Notes: generated by a model from the letters alone, not told the origin. Numbered from the whole stretch's first letter, positions 11,600-25,351 are shown. The stretch is DNA of 63,891 nucleotides, filler included, from Octopus bimaculoides (GCF_001194135.2; 6 parts of 6 records of this genome joined end to end with filler, not necessarily neighbours in it); one strand, 5' to 3'. Numbers and translations are program-made.

Positions 11600-12900
11600 T
11601 CAAAGGTAGAAACTCCAGGTTAATCTGCAGTAACTTGTATAGCATAACTTCAGGAAGCCAGCCAATCACCTAATAACCTATCAATCAGGTGACTCCACTA
11701 GCCAGATAGACTTCACTCTCACCAGACAGCAGGATGCATGGTTGCTCTTAAATGCAAAGGCTCTCCCTGGTGAAGAATGTACCTCACCCCTAGCATAGAA
11801 CGGTCATTAGCAACTTCAGACTCCAGGCCAGAATGATGCCAAGAAGCAGACCAACCTGGAAAAGAAGGATCTGCAAGCTTAAGGACCTTTCATATGGTCA
11901 GAGATTTAGGGACATCCTAATTGAGAAATTTGACGAGAGGGACGAGCAACTACAAACTTGTGACATACAGGGCAACTGGGAATTCTTGCGAGACAGCTTG
12001 ATGAGTGCCACAGAACAATTTTGTGGATGGTGCAAAGTCCCCTCCAGACCCAGGGTAATGTAGTGGTGGAACAATAGCATAGACAGGGCCATTAGAGCAA
12101 AGAAACAGGCCTGGAAGACTTGAAAGAGTGGGGGAAGCAATGAACTGTATCAGATAACCAGAAGGGAAGCAGAAAAGAAGTTTGCCTATGTTCAGCACGA
12201 TGAGGACCAACAAACTGAAGTAGTTTGGATTGCAAGACAGTGTGTGAAAGAAAATTGTGATGTCATAGGAGAGAAATGAGTCAGCATGGATGATTGTGCA
12301 CTTACTTTTAATGAGTTGATTTGGAGAAAGCTTTTGACAGAGTCCCCTGATTCATTATCTAGTGGTTGATGCAGAAATTAGGGATAGACAAGTGGTTGGT
12401 GAGAGCTGTACAAGGACACTACCAGTAAGGTGAGGGTGGGCAACGAGTACAGCGAAGAATTCAGGGTACAAGTAGGGGTTCACCAAGGATTGGTGGTCAG
12501 CCCCTCTTGTTCATCATAATCCTCCAAGCAATAACAGAGGAATTCAAGACAGGCTGCCCCTGAGAGCTCCTCAATGTTGATGACCTTGCTCTTATAGCTG
12601 ATTCACTCCCTGAGCTAGAGAAGTTCTAGGTATGCAAACAAGGTCTTGAATCAAAGGACCTTACAGCTAACCTAGCAAAAACCAAAGTCATAGTAAGTAG
12701 GAAGGCAAACAAATCACAAATCCCCTCAGGTAAATGGCACTGCTCAATCTGTAGAAAAGGTGTAGGTAGAAACTCCATAAGATGCACCCAGTTTCTTAGC
12801 TTTAGACACACAAAAGATATGGCAACATCAAAGAGAAATTAACAGAGAAACTAACTTTTATATATAGAAGGTGTACAAGCATAATAAATGAAAGACCAGC
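11600..12900 (+). pseudogene. RTE-clade LINE fragment (end of AP endonuclease, linker, partial RT) with internal deletions
   Basis: RKPANHLITYQSGDSTSQIDF, KALPGEEC, WWNNSIDRAIRAKKQAWK, QVGVHQG, LFIIILQAITEEFKTGCP*ELL and ..DDLALIA. Confidence 0.88.
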
Positions 12901-12904
12901 AATG

Positions 12905-15669
12905 GAAATGTGTTGCAGAAGATGAAAAACCTGGCCTTGTGCTGCTGCACAACAATTTGAAAAGGAAATGCTGTTATGTGCAATGACAAAGTAAAAAGAC
13001 TTGGGGACAGTTTCTGAAGAAGCCATATGAGGTTACTAAGAAGCTTTTCACTGAATCGGAGAGTGGTACTTTATCGTGCACAAAAGAAGAATTAGACATT
13101 CATATCAAAGAAACCTACAGCAATCCACACCATAACCAGCCACTGCCACCACTAAATGGGCTGATATTGAATTTCAAATTGGGGACATCAGTGAGAAAGA
13201 GGTGAATGATTTCGTAAGAAAAGCTAGAGCAAAGAGTGACCCAGGTGATGGTGTCTCATAAAAAGTTTATAAATATTGCAATCGTCTGTTGTCCTACTCT
13301 GAAAGCTGTGGCACAAAGAGACTCTAGTAGAGGATTGGTGTAAGGCAGAAGGCATATACCTGCCAAAGGAGGCTAATGCAGAGACTATAAAACAGTTTAG
13401 GCCGATATCTTCATTGAATGTGGAAGGCTAGATCTTTATGGGAATTCTCTCAACGATAACTGTGACATATTTACAGAGTTGTTGTTCAAAACGTTAAGTT
13501 CTCTGGATGTGTCGAACACTGTTTTTCGATTCAGAAAGTGATCCAGGATGGCAAACAGAACAAAAGAAGTATGAAGGCTTGACCTAGCTAATGTATATGG
13601 CTCAGTGCCACACAAATTACTGATAAGAGCCATGGACCACCTCCACATTCCAGACAAAGTAACCAAATTAATGAGGATATATTATGAGTTTCGAGATGAG
13701 GTTCACAGCTAGAGATTTTGCAACAGACTGACACCAATTGGAGATTGGTATTGCTGCTGGCTGTACAATATCTGTCACATGGTTTATCTTAGTCAAGGAG
13801 ATAATTTTGAAAGCTGTGGATTTTTTGGAACAAATTGCCCATGTACAATTGCCTAAGAAAGCCTTCATAGATGATGTGACACATCTATCAACAGACAAGT
13901 AGATCATGTAGAGTACTCTCTTGAGACTAAATGAGCTTGTGAAGTGTCAAGGATGTGATTTTGAGCAAAAAGTTGCGTAGTCTGACATTTATTAAGGGAG
14001 TGCAGAAAGAAGTAAAGTTTTGAATAGCTGAAGAAAGCATTCCAACAGTCAAAGAAGAACCCGTCAAGAGCTTTGGGTGAGTATACGCTGAAACATTGTA
14101 AGATAGGAGTTGTGGGATGGAAATTATGAAACAAGCCGAGGATGGATTATCAGTGATGGATAACTCAGAGTTACCAGGTAAATATAAAATTTGGTGCTTG
14201 CAGTTCAGCTTGTATCTGCAACTCTCATGGCCACTTTTAATATACGAAGCAGCATTGTCACGAGTTCAAATCATTGAAGAAAAATGTAATCTGTTCATTA
14301 GAAAGTGGCTAGGCCCACCTCGGATATTGAACAGTTCAGCTCTTTATCGTAAAAGAGGCTCGTTGCAGTTACCACTGGCGTCAATAGTTGAAATTTATGA
14401 ACTAGGGAAGGTACGAACGATGATGATGTTGAGAGAGTCGAAAGACACGGAAACCAGCAGATGTGAAAATAGCCAGAAGTGGAAAGCAGAAGCAGAGACT
14501 GATGACATCCTGTCTTCTCTTACACATCGAGATATAGTGGGTGCAACACAAATTCATTGGAAGAGACCTGGTCTTGGTGCAGAAGATCGGTTCAGACCAT
14601 TTGCAAGTATGATGTGGCACAAACACAGATCTGCTGTTAATAACAACATCAAATTGAGGGAAGCAGAGAGAAGAGAGCTTCATTTGATCCAATGCATTCA
14701 ACAAAGACAGATGACGAGATGGGAGGAACATGTTGTTGAGAGAAAAATAAGTTGGAATGAGATATGAAGGTGGACCACATCTCGGCTAAGTTTTGTGATT
14801 CATTCATCCTATGATGTTTTGCCATCACTTGCAAATCAAGTAAGATGGAACGTCTCAGGGAATGATATATGCAAATGCAGAAAGGATGGAACACTGAAAC
14901 AAATTCTTTCCAACTGTTCACTAGTACTCAATAGGTATACATGGAAACACAACCATAAGTTTATCTTCAATGCTATAAAGAACCAAATTAATCTCAACAA
15001 CATGAAAAAAAAAAAACTGTTGAAAGTACCAACTAGAGATTTCATTACTTTCATGCACTCAGGACAGCAGATCCAAACTTCTTGTGAGCAATGAAGTGGA
15101 ATGGCTATTGGAAGGTGACTGCAGATTTACTAGGATGCCAGGAACTCTTTCTCATCCCAGTTACAAAAAAAAAACTGGACATTGTAATGTGGTGTGAAAG
15201 GAAGAAAGTTGTGAATCTACTTGAGTTAATAGTTCCTCATGAAGATAACATGGATGCCACTTGGGCTTGAGAGACTGACCGTTAATAACCTCCTCGAGAT
15301 GTAAGCTGGAAAGTGGAGCATTTTCCAATTGAAGTGGGATGTAGAGGGTTTGTTGGACACAGTGTGAGGCAACTGTTCTTATTGTTAGGCCTAAGTCATC
15401 ATAAAGTACATACAACCATGATCAATATCCAAACTACAATGGAAAAGGCTAGCCACTGGATTTGATTAAAAAGAAACAATGATCAATGGCTAGAAGAATA
15501 TTGGGCTTTATTTGATAACCAGTTGATTTAGCAAGTGGGGCCCTCATATCAATGAGGTAGGGGGAGGGCTGGTGCGCATTGATGGTGTCAAGAGGTAGGC
15601 CCCAAAACGGCATGCATTCTCTCCTGAACTCTCGACTGGTAGCACTTGCATGTGCAAGTTGTTTGCAAG
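12905..15669 (+). mobile_element. HERO-clade RLE non-LTR retrotransposon, 5'-truncated and disrupted, with 3' UTR
   Basis: EELDIHIKETYSNP, VRKARAKS, KQFRPIS, FIDDVT, LPGKYKIWCLQ...LSWPLLIYE, SLQLPLASIVE, QMTRWEEHVVERKISWNEI, DIVMW...LELIVPHEDN and FPIEVGCRGFVG. It ends at (AT)n 15670-15681. Confidence 0.85.
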
Positions 15670-16524
15670 ATATATATATATNNNNNNNNNNNNNNNNNNN
15701 NNNNNNNNNNNNNNNNNNNNNNNNNNNNNNNNNNNNNNNNNNNNNNNNNNNNNNNNNNNNNNNNNNNNNNNNNNNNNNNNNNNNNNNNNNNNNNNNNNNN
15801 NNNNNNNNNNNNNNNNNNNNNNNNNNGTTAATCAAATATATTCAATGAGAATACAATATACTGAATTTCTAATGAGTACTCTTGATAGGGAAATGTCTGA
15901 AACATTTAAGGTCTTTAGACATTTAATAAGACCGATTATATATTATATTATAAAATAAGAGCAGGAAAATTACATCAAAAAATCATCACAGAAGATATAC
16001 GTCCAAAATAATATTGTATTAATAGATATATAAATATATAAAGTATGATTATATGAAAATTTTAAAATATCTTATGATCATTTCATGAATGTATTACCCT
16101 TCGAAATAGAATCTAAAATTGATAATCATTATTAGGTAATACGTCCACTCGTCAGAAAGACAGAGGGTGAATTTCCATGTAGTCAATCAAATGCTATTTA
16201 AAAATATATGCAAAAGATGTTGTTTAAAGATGTTGTTTAAAAAGTTACTGGCTGCAGTAATCCATAATGGCTGTGTACAAATATAAAACCCATAATTATG
16301 TTCCCTTCAATGTGTGATCCATAAATGCAAAAAATAAAAGTAGTTGAATTTTTGCCTTTTGTAGTTGTATATACAAAATTAGAAGATGACATTGTTATAT
16401 TTTATGCAAATGTAAAAATAGTCATTTACTGATCCAATATAGAGTAAATATAATGTAATGTTTAAATTATTATATTTAAAATCAGTTTGTTGTACATTAC
16501 AGGTGTACAGGTTCAAATTCCCTG

Positions 16525-16990
16525 TTCAAATCCTGTCTTCATACTCTTAATTGCTTTATCTACCATGGTACTGTCAACTCGAATCGCTGGTCCCTCTGTT
16601 GGGTCGACATTCAGCAGACTCTCTTTCTCCCATTCATTCTCTTTATTGAGCAACCTTTTGTAGTGGCGTCTCCATACCTCTTTCTTTGCAGCCTCGTTTA
16701 GTGCAAGTGTACCATCATCCATGCGAACACATTTCTCTCCCACGACATCACGACTCTCTCTCACACACTGTCTTGCAACACGAAATACCTCAAGTCTTTG
16801 GTCCTCACGGCACAGAACATTGGCAAACTTTTTCTTATCTGCTTCCCCTCTGGCTAAATAAACCTGTCTCCTAGCTTCCCTTCTGGCAGTCTGATACAAT
16901 TCCCTGCTACCACCATTCTTCCAGTCCTTCCAAGACTGTTTCTTTTGTCTAATAGCCCTCCTTCCAAACCTGTTTCTTTTGTCTAATATA
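16525..16990 (-). pseudogene. RTE-clade LINE internal fragment (EN-RT linker)
   Basis: ORF 16513-16899 YQTARREARRQVYLA...WRRHYKRLLNKENEW...DPTEGPAIRVDSTMVDKAIKSMKTG. Homologous to 12085-12310 and 2925-3000. Confidence 0.88.
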
Positions 16991-17482
16991 TATATATAAT
17001 ATATATATTATAAATATGAATAAGAAATGGAAAAGAAAACAATAAATTGAGCAATTATAAATTCCATTCAATTTAAATATTTTATACAAACAAATGACAC
17101 ATCTCATAAATTACAGCTGTTTCCGCTTCATTAATAAAACAAAGTTTTTCATGAATAATCAAATCCGTTTAAATATGTAATGATGCTTCATCAGATAGAC
17201 ATTTCTGAAAATATTTCTAATTGCTAAGACTTTATGAAAATGCTTTATAAGAGCAAGCTTAATCATAAATAAATAAATAAATAAATAATCTAAATTCATA
17301 AATTTAAATCTATAAACATTCCATTATATAACCGATTTTTTTTTAACGATACACACATTCATATATACATATTTATATATACTTATACCCCTATCATTTA
17401 TGTATACATACATACACAAACATGTACATATATACACATGCATATACACATACACGAGTTTAGTTATTCATCTGTGTGTGAC

Positions 17483-17539
<57 letters not shown>

Positions 17540-17644
17540 CTATCTATTTTTTACAATTTACATACATATGCAATTCATACATACATATATATATTGATGT
17601 TAAAACATTATTTAATATATTAATTCAAATCTAAATGTTATTAA

Positions 17645-18015
17645 TTTGACTATGAGAATGCAAGGGAGAGGAATTTCAACCATGTTTCGTGGTCTGCTAC
17701 CACAACAGCTCCTTTATAGGATCCAGTTAGCTCAAGACATCATCAGGAGGAACCACGTCTGGTTTCGGCCCCTACTCCTCTACCGTTTTGATGTGGCGGG
17801 GCCACCCCCTTTCGGAGGTGTCTTCAGCTCTGGTGTTGGGTGCATGTCTTCTTTCTTCTATTCCCTGGCCTCTTTGATGCAGCATCAACGAGTGTCAGTG
17901 TCCGACTGATCGTCATGTCAAGTTCCCCTTTTTATATCTGCTGCTAGGCTCCAGCAGGCAGCCCCAGCTAGTTGTCACGTGACACTGTCTAAATTTCCCG
18001 CTGCTAGGGTCCAAC
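17645..18015 (-). mobile_element. Unclassified interspersed repeat, possibly solo-LTR-like
   Basis: A ~50% GC island in AT-rich flanks. The minus strand has a TATAAAA box near 17930 and a ...CCGCCACA end at 17792. No PBS or PPT found. Confidence 0.3.
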
Positions 18016-18443
18016 TATTTTTTCCGTTTATAGAAACAAAATGAAAAAAAATCAATTTGATACAGTCAATGAAAAAATTCATTTAAATATATACATACAA
18101 CAAAAACAAAGTAATACAATACAAATGAAATGTCCCACATACTAACAATGAACCAAAACAATAAATGAAATAAGATAAATACGCTATATCTACATGTATA
18201 CCCCATTATTCATTTACTTACCTACATATACTAATCGATACTTATAAAACAAAACGAAAAATGAAATCACCTCTATACATACATAGAAAAATAAATTGTA
18301 TATATACATCAAAACCAAAATATTACATATATAAAACAATTTATTGTTTTAGTTTTCATCTAACCCTCACACTTATATATATTATTTTTAATACACACAC
18401 ACTTATACAGATACATTGATGTACATACATATATACATCAATG

Positions 18444-18480
<37 letters not shown>

Positions 18481-18580
18481 NNNNNNNNNNNNNNNNNNNN
18501 NNNNNNNNNNNNNNNNNNNNNNNNTTAATTAATTAANNNNNNNNNNNNNNNNNNNNNNNNNNNNNNNNNNNNNNNNNNNN

Positions 18581-18616
<36 letters not shown>

Positions 18617-19100
18617 TGCATTGATGTGTGTGTGTGTGTGTGTGTGTGTGGTGTATGTGCTAGCGCTAGTGTATGTGTAGGTATGTGTATGTGAGTTAGT
18701 GTGAAGGTGTGTTGGCGTGTTTGGTTTGCGTTTGTGTGTGTTTCTATTGGTATAAGAATGTGTGTATGTGTGAGTGAACTTGTGCTTGTGTGTATGTGTA
18801 TGTGAGAGTGTGTGTGTATGTGTGTGTATGTGTGTGTGTGTGTATGTGTGTGTGTGTGTATAGATAGTGCTAATGACATGTAAATGATGTTGTCAAAAAG
18901 CGATGATGGTGTACGATAGTAGATACGTGTGTATGTCCAACACTTTGTGCCTGTAAGAATGTACACCAATGTGAGCGTCTGTGTGATTGCGTTTCTGAAT
19001 ATCCGAACGTATGTGTGCATGCGTGGACGTAGGCCTACGTACGTTCGTTTGCTCGTGAATGTGTCTATAGATTGTGCTAATAGCGATGATGTTGATACAG
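18581..19100. repeat. Degenerate (GT)n tract decaying rightwards
   Basis: Pure (TG)n at 18581 grades into TG-rich cryptic repeat. Confidence 0.85.
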
Positions 19101-19221
19101 ATAACAAACCTGGTCTAATCTTTAAGACAATATACAGTAGCTTTGTCTGTTTATCTGCCTTAAGTATTTATGACTATTTTTCTTTCGTTCTTCTCTCGAG
19201 CTAGACTAACTCACTGCTTCT

Positions 19222-19313
<92 letters not shown>

Positions 19314-19331
19314 ACTACTACTACTACTACT
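19222..19331. repeat. Compound (CTA)n(CTG)n(CTA)n microsatellite
   Basis: Direct reading; ends at a gap. Confidence 0.95.
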
Positions 19332-20652
19332 NNNNNNNNNNNNNNNNNNNNNNNNNNNNNNNNNNNNNNNNNNNNNNNNNNNNNNNNNNNNNNNNNNNNN
19401 NNNNNNNNNNNNNNNNNNNNNNNNNNNNNNNNNNNNNNNNNNNNNNNNNNNNNNNNNNNNNNNNNNNNNNNNNNNNNNNNNNNNNNNNNNNNNNNNNNNN
19501 NNNNNNNNNNNNNNNNNNNNNNNNNNNNNNNNNNNNNNNNNNNNNNNNNNNNNNNNNNNNNNNNNNNNNNNNNNNNNNNNNNNNNNNNNNNNNNNNNNNN
19601 NNNNNNNNNNNNNNNNNNNNNNNNNNNNNNNNNNNNNNNNNNNNNNNNNNNNNNNNNNNNNNNNNNNNNNNNNNNNNNNNNNNNNNNNNNNNNNNNNNNN
19701 NNNNNNNNNNNNNNNNNNNNNNNNNNNNNNNNNNNNNNNNNNNNNNNNNNNNNNNNNNNNNNNNNNNNNNNNNNNNNNNNNNNNNNNNNNNNNNNNNNNN
19801 NNNNNNNNNNNNNNNNNNNNNNNNNNNNNNNNNNNNNNNNNNNNNNNNNNNNNNNNNNNNNNNNNNNNNNNNNNNNNNNNNNNNNNNNNNNNNNNNNNNN
19901 NNNNNNNNNNNNNNNNNNNNNNNNNNNNNNNNNNNNNNNNNNNNNNNNNNNNNNNNNNNNNNNNNNNNNNNNNNNNNNNNNNNNNNNNNNNNNNNNNNNN
20001 NNNNNNNNNNNNNNNNNNNNNNNNNATATATATATATATATAAAAAGATAGCAAACTCCTGTTAAAAAAAAAACCGAAAAAAAAAATTAAATTGCTGGCC
20101 TTGTTTCTAAATTAGAAGCAATTATTACTTTAAAAGTGAAATATTCCCAAGTTTATCAAACTTTCTGCCAAGATTATTTGCACCGTAGATTTAATAAAAT
20201 ATAATGGGAGCTGAAACGAAACCACGCTAGAAAATATTTAATGATAAAAGTAAGAATGGTAAAGTGTTATCTATTGATGAAATTAGCTTAAACGTAGCCG
20301 GCGATTAGGTTGCTTCGAAGATATTTAAAACTATTAACTGTTTTTCTTCTTGCCATCTCCTCATCTATAACTCTATCGTTCTTATGAACGATGTCTGCTG
20401 ATTGCTGTCAGTGACGTATTTTCTCTTGAGGCGTCGTATATATTATTAATGAAAATGTGTCTATGTATGTATGTATGTATGTATGTCATCATTCAGTTTT
20501 ATTTCAAAATTTCTGGTGAATACAGAAAAAACCGGTTTCTAACCTAGATTCAAGGCTCTTTCAATGGAATTTCAGCATCAACATCAGCCCTGTAATGTAT
20601 GTATGTATGTATGTATGTATGTATGTATGTATATATATAAAACAAATAATAA

Positions 20653-20816
20653 ATGAGTATATGCATATATACGTACAGGTATGTGCATACCTACGTCTAC
20701 CTGTATATATAGGTGCATATCTGGGTACAGGACATTGCAAACAAAAGGTAGACAAAAAACAATAACAACCAGAGTACAGAATACACACAGGCCACATAGA
20801 GAACATTTTCCTTCAT
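20653..20816 (-). mobile_element. Short interspersed repeat 'F', copy 1
   Basis: Matches 60424-60565 ('atgcatatatacgtacaggtatgtgcatac...gggtacaggacattgcaaacaaaa...gccacatagagaacatt'). Confidence 0.8.
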
Positions 20817-22415
20817 ATATATGGAGTGTGTGTGTGTGTGTGTAAACAGAACAAGACCTACTAGTAAGACTTTCGATATTTGCTTATGGCTTGCTTGAAA
20901 TACTGAAAGTGTAACTACGACTCCCTCAAATCCAATTTTCCCGTCTTAAAAACCATTTTTAAAACCATTTCATTTGTCCCTTTGCTATTTTTCTTTCCTC
21001 TCTTCTTTCATTCTTTATCTTCTTTATTTCTTTCACATCACCACTTCCTGTATTTCTTTATGGGTCGCAAATTTTCCTTCCACTTACCCCTACATCTCTG
21101 CCTCTACCTTCGCTCCTCTACCCCACACCTTCACCCCGACCTTCCCCCCATACCTACATGTCCCTCTCCCCCTCGTATATCAATCAGCATCTTCTATTCT
21201 CGTTGTTTACACCTTTATAATTTACGACTAGATTCAGTTTGTTTTTCAGCGAAAGTGCAGAAAAAAAAATAAAATAAAAATTAACTCCACAAAAATGAAA
21301 AGAAAAGAAACAAAATACAACAACAAAACAAAAAAAAAAAAAACAAAAGCGAAAAGAAAAAAAACAAAAACAAAACGCAAACCGAAAAATGAAACCAAAA
21401 ACCCTGAAGTACAACAACTGCAACAACAACACCAAAACAAAAAGCATTGTCAACAACAACAACAACAACAACAACTGTAGCTATTCCTACGGTGTTTTCT
21501 CAATCCTTAGAGACTTGTTCCCATGGAGTGTGAGCAAGGGTATATAGGAAAATGCAAAGACGAAGGCAAGTATAATATNNNNNNNNNNNNNNNNNNNNNN
21601 NNNNNNNNNNNNNNNNNNNNNNNNNNNNNNNNNNNNNNNNNNNNNNNNNNNNNNNNNNNNNNNNNNNNNNNNNNNNNNNNNNNNNNNNNNNNNNNNNNNN
21701 NNNNNNNNNNNNNNNNNNNNNNNNNNNNNNNNNNNNNNNNNNNNNNNNNNNNNNNNNNNNNNNNNNNNNNNNNNNNNNNNNNNNNNNNNNNNNNNNNNNN
21801 NNNNNNNNNNNNNNNNNNNNNNNNNNNNNNNNNNNNNNNNNNNNNNNNNNNNNNNNNNNNNNNNNNNNNNNNNNNNNNNNNNNNNNNNNNNNNNNNNNNN
21901 NNNNNNNNNNNNNNNNNNNNNNNNNNNNNNNNNNNNNNNNNNNNNNNNNNNNNNNNNNNNNNNNNNNNNNNNNNNNNNNNNNNNNNNNNNNNNNNNNNNN
22001 NNNNNNNNNNNNNNNNNNNNNNNNNNNNNNNNNNNNNNNNNNNNNNNNNNNNNNNNNNNNNNNNNNNNNNNNNNNNNNNNNNNNNNNNNNNNNNNNNNNN
22101 NNNNNNNNNNNNNNNNNNNNNNNNNNNNNNNNNNNNNNNNNNNNNNNNNNNNNNNNNNNNNNNNNNNNNNNNNNNNNNNNNNNNNNNNNNNNNNNNNNNN
22201 NNNNNNNNNNNNNNNNCTTACTTTAACACATGTAACAATCATATGGCTCCACACCAACAAGTATTTTTAAGACAAAAAAAAACAAAAACAAAAACAAAAG
22301 CCTGAATGTTTCTGTTCTTCATTATCACTAATATATATTGAATTAAAATCTTTGTCTTCTCTACATTAATTGCATAAACATTTCGTATAAGATGCTAGAA
22401 TATAGGAATGTTGAC

Positions 22416-22563
22416 GCAGGCGTGGCTGTGTGGTAAGAAGCTTGCTTACCAACCACATGGTGCCGGGTTCAGTCCCACTGCGTGGCACCTTGGGCAAGTG
22501 TCTTCTACTATAGCCTCGGGCCGACCAAAGCCTTGTGAGTGGATTTGGTAGACGGAAACTGAA
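22416..22563 (+). mobile_element. tRNA-derived SINE family A, 5' half
   Basis: A box TGGCTGTGTGG, B box GGTTCAGTCC and central 'ggcaccttgggcaagtgtctt'. Homologous to 42870-43033 (-). Confidence 0.85.
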
Positions 22564-23632
22564 GCAGAGAACAAGATGTTGCAAAGAATGTCCTGATAAA
22601 AGATAAGATTGAAACACTTACGCAAGACGTGTGAAACAGCTGTTAAGAAGATTAAGAAAGGTAATCAATTTCAAGACAGAATAGTTCAAAGAGAATATTG
22701 AGTATAACGGTTTTGATCGGGTCCCATTTCTAGTGGATTCCATGGGACGTTTTTGTCCTGAAGTTCTATATTTTNNNNNNNNNNNNNNNNNNNNNNNNNN
22801 NNNNNNNNNNNNNNNNNNNNNNNNNNNNNNNNNNNNNNNNNNNNNNNNNNNNNNNNNNNNNNNNNNNNNNNNNNNNNNNNNNNNNNNNNNNNNNNNNNNN
22901 NNNNNNNNNNNNNNNNNNNNNNNNNNNNNNNNNNNNNNNNNNNNNNNNNNNNNNNNNNNNNNNNNNNNNNNNNNNNNNNNNNNNNNNNNNNNNNNNNNNN
23001 NNNNNNNNNNNNNNNNNNNNNNNNNNNNNNNNNNNNNNNNNNNNNNNNNNNNNNNNNNNNNNNNNNNNNNNNNNNNNNNNNNNNNNNNNNNNNNNNNNNN
23101 NNNNNNNNNNNNNNNNNNNNNNNNNNNNNNNNNNNNNNNNNNNNNNNNNNNNNNNNNNNNNNNNNNNNNNNNNNNNNNNNNNNNNNNNNNNNNNNNNNNN
23201 NNNNNNNNNNNNNNNNNNNNNNNNNNNNNNNNNNNNNNNNNNNNNNNNNNNNNNNNNNNNNNNNNNNNNNNNNNNNNNNNNNNNNNNNNNNNNNNNNNNN
23301 NNNNNNNNNNNNNNNNNNNNNNNNNNNNNNNNNNNNNNNNNNNNNNNNNNNNNNNNNNNNNNNNNNNNNNNNNNNNNNNNNNNNNNNNNNNNNNNNNNNN
23401 NNNNNNNNNNNNNNNNNNNNNNNNNNNNNNNNNNNNNNNNNNNNNNNNNNNNNNNNNNNNNNNNNNNNNNNNNNNNNNNNNNNNNNNNNNNNNNNNNNNN
23501 NNNNNNNNNNNNNNNNNNNNNNNNNNNNNNNNNNNNNNNNNNNNNNNNNNNNNNNNNNNNNNNNNNNNNNNNNNNNNNNNNNNNNNNNNNNNNNNNNNNN
23601 NNNNNNNNNNNNNNNNNNNNNNNNNNNNNNNN

Positions 23633-23669
<37 letters not shown>

Positions 23670-23710
23670 TAGTGATAATAACAATGATAATAATAACAAT
23701 AATGATGATG

Positions 23711-23764
<54 letters not shown>

Positions 23765-24223
23765 GAAATGATAGCTGCTTCTCTCCGTATATCTAAAAAA
23801 AATCTTGTTTATTTATAGTAAATAACAATATTAAAAGATATTAAAGAACTATGTATAGAAAAAAAAAAACAATATCGAGAACGAAAAATATATATATAAA
23901 AATTAATAGAAAATGTAGAAAAAGACAGAAAACATTGTGAAAAAAAATCCTGTAAAAAAATTTCTGTAAAAGAAAAGAAATCGGTAAAAGTACAAAGCAT
24001 GCAAAAAAAAATCAACAAAAACAAAGAATAAAAGGCAAAAGAAAATACTAAAACACAAGCGAAAAAAATTCTATTGAAAAATAAAAGAAGGAAAAACAGC
24101 GAAATAATCCTTTGATGTTAGGTGCTTTGATTGTCTAAGCAGGTAGAATTGATCTGAGAAGCAAGGTTTTCAAGCGCTATTAAGTATTCAGCGCTCTTCT
24201 CTTTTCCTCTCTTACTGCTGTCG

Positions 24224-24224
<1 letters not shown>

Positions 24225-24270
<46 letters not shown>

Positions 24271-25100
24271 CGTGCGCGCGCCGACATACACAATCAGAAG
24301 CGCGCGCACACAGACGCATACATACACGCGAACAGACGCGCGCACACAGATCCACACAAACACACACACTGACGCAGAGACGCACACACATACATACACG
24401 CATACATACATACATACAGACGCACACAGACACGCACATACACCCACATACAGACACACAGACGCACACATACACGCAACACACACACATACACACACAC
24501 ACACACACTCACAGAAAGACGCGCGCACACACGCATATATACACATGCACAGATGCGCACACACAGATTAACACATACACACACACATATTAACGCACAG
24601 ACGTACACACATACATACAAAGCTACACGCACATACGCACACACACATGCATACATACACGCACACAGACGCGCACATACACACACACAGAAAGACGTAC
24701 ACTCACACTCATGCGCTAGCGTACGCATACAAACGCACATATAATTTATACGTAAATGCACGGACGCATATACAGACCAACATGTACGTGCACACACGCA
24801 CGCGTAGGCACTTGATGTACAACCGGCACACACTTTGCTTAGCGAATGCGCATATACAAACGTAGGGCTGCGCACATTCACATATACACGCCTGTTCATA
24901 TACACACGCGCACACATGAACAAACACATAGCTACGGGCATATGCATTCATAGACAACACAAAAGCACACCCCTAACTATAAACACACATATCTAGACAA
25001 CAACTTACGCGTTTTCAGACAAGCTTAGTAAAGCTCTAACGCACAACTTGTTACGTGCATGACCGCATACACACGTCTAGAGAAAGGCCTATGCACGCAT
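24225..25100. repeat. ~0.9-kb degenerate (CA)n/(CG)-containing alternating purine-pyrimidine tract
   Basis: Pure (CA)n at 24225-24262 grades into CA/CG/TA-rich cryptic repeat. Confidence 0.9.
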
Positions 25101-25110
25101 ACTAGGTTGT

Positions 25111-25351
25111 GGGCACTCCGTCGCTTACGACGACGAGGGTTCCAGTTGATCCGATTAACGGAACAGCCTGCTCGTTAAATTAACGTGCAAGTGGCTGAGC
25201 ACTCCACAGACACGTGTACCCTTAACGTAGTTCTCGGGGATATTCAGCGTGACACAGTGTGACAAGGCTGACCCTTTGAATTACAGGCACAACAGAAACA
25301 GGAAGTAAGAGTGAGAGAAAGTCGTGGTGGAAGAGTACAGCAGGATTTGCC
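25111..25351 (-). mobile_element. SINE family B, 3' portion (cut by gap)
   Basis: Reverse complement of 37275-37521. Confidence 0.9.
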
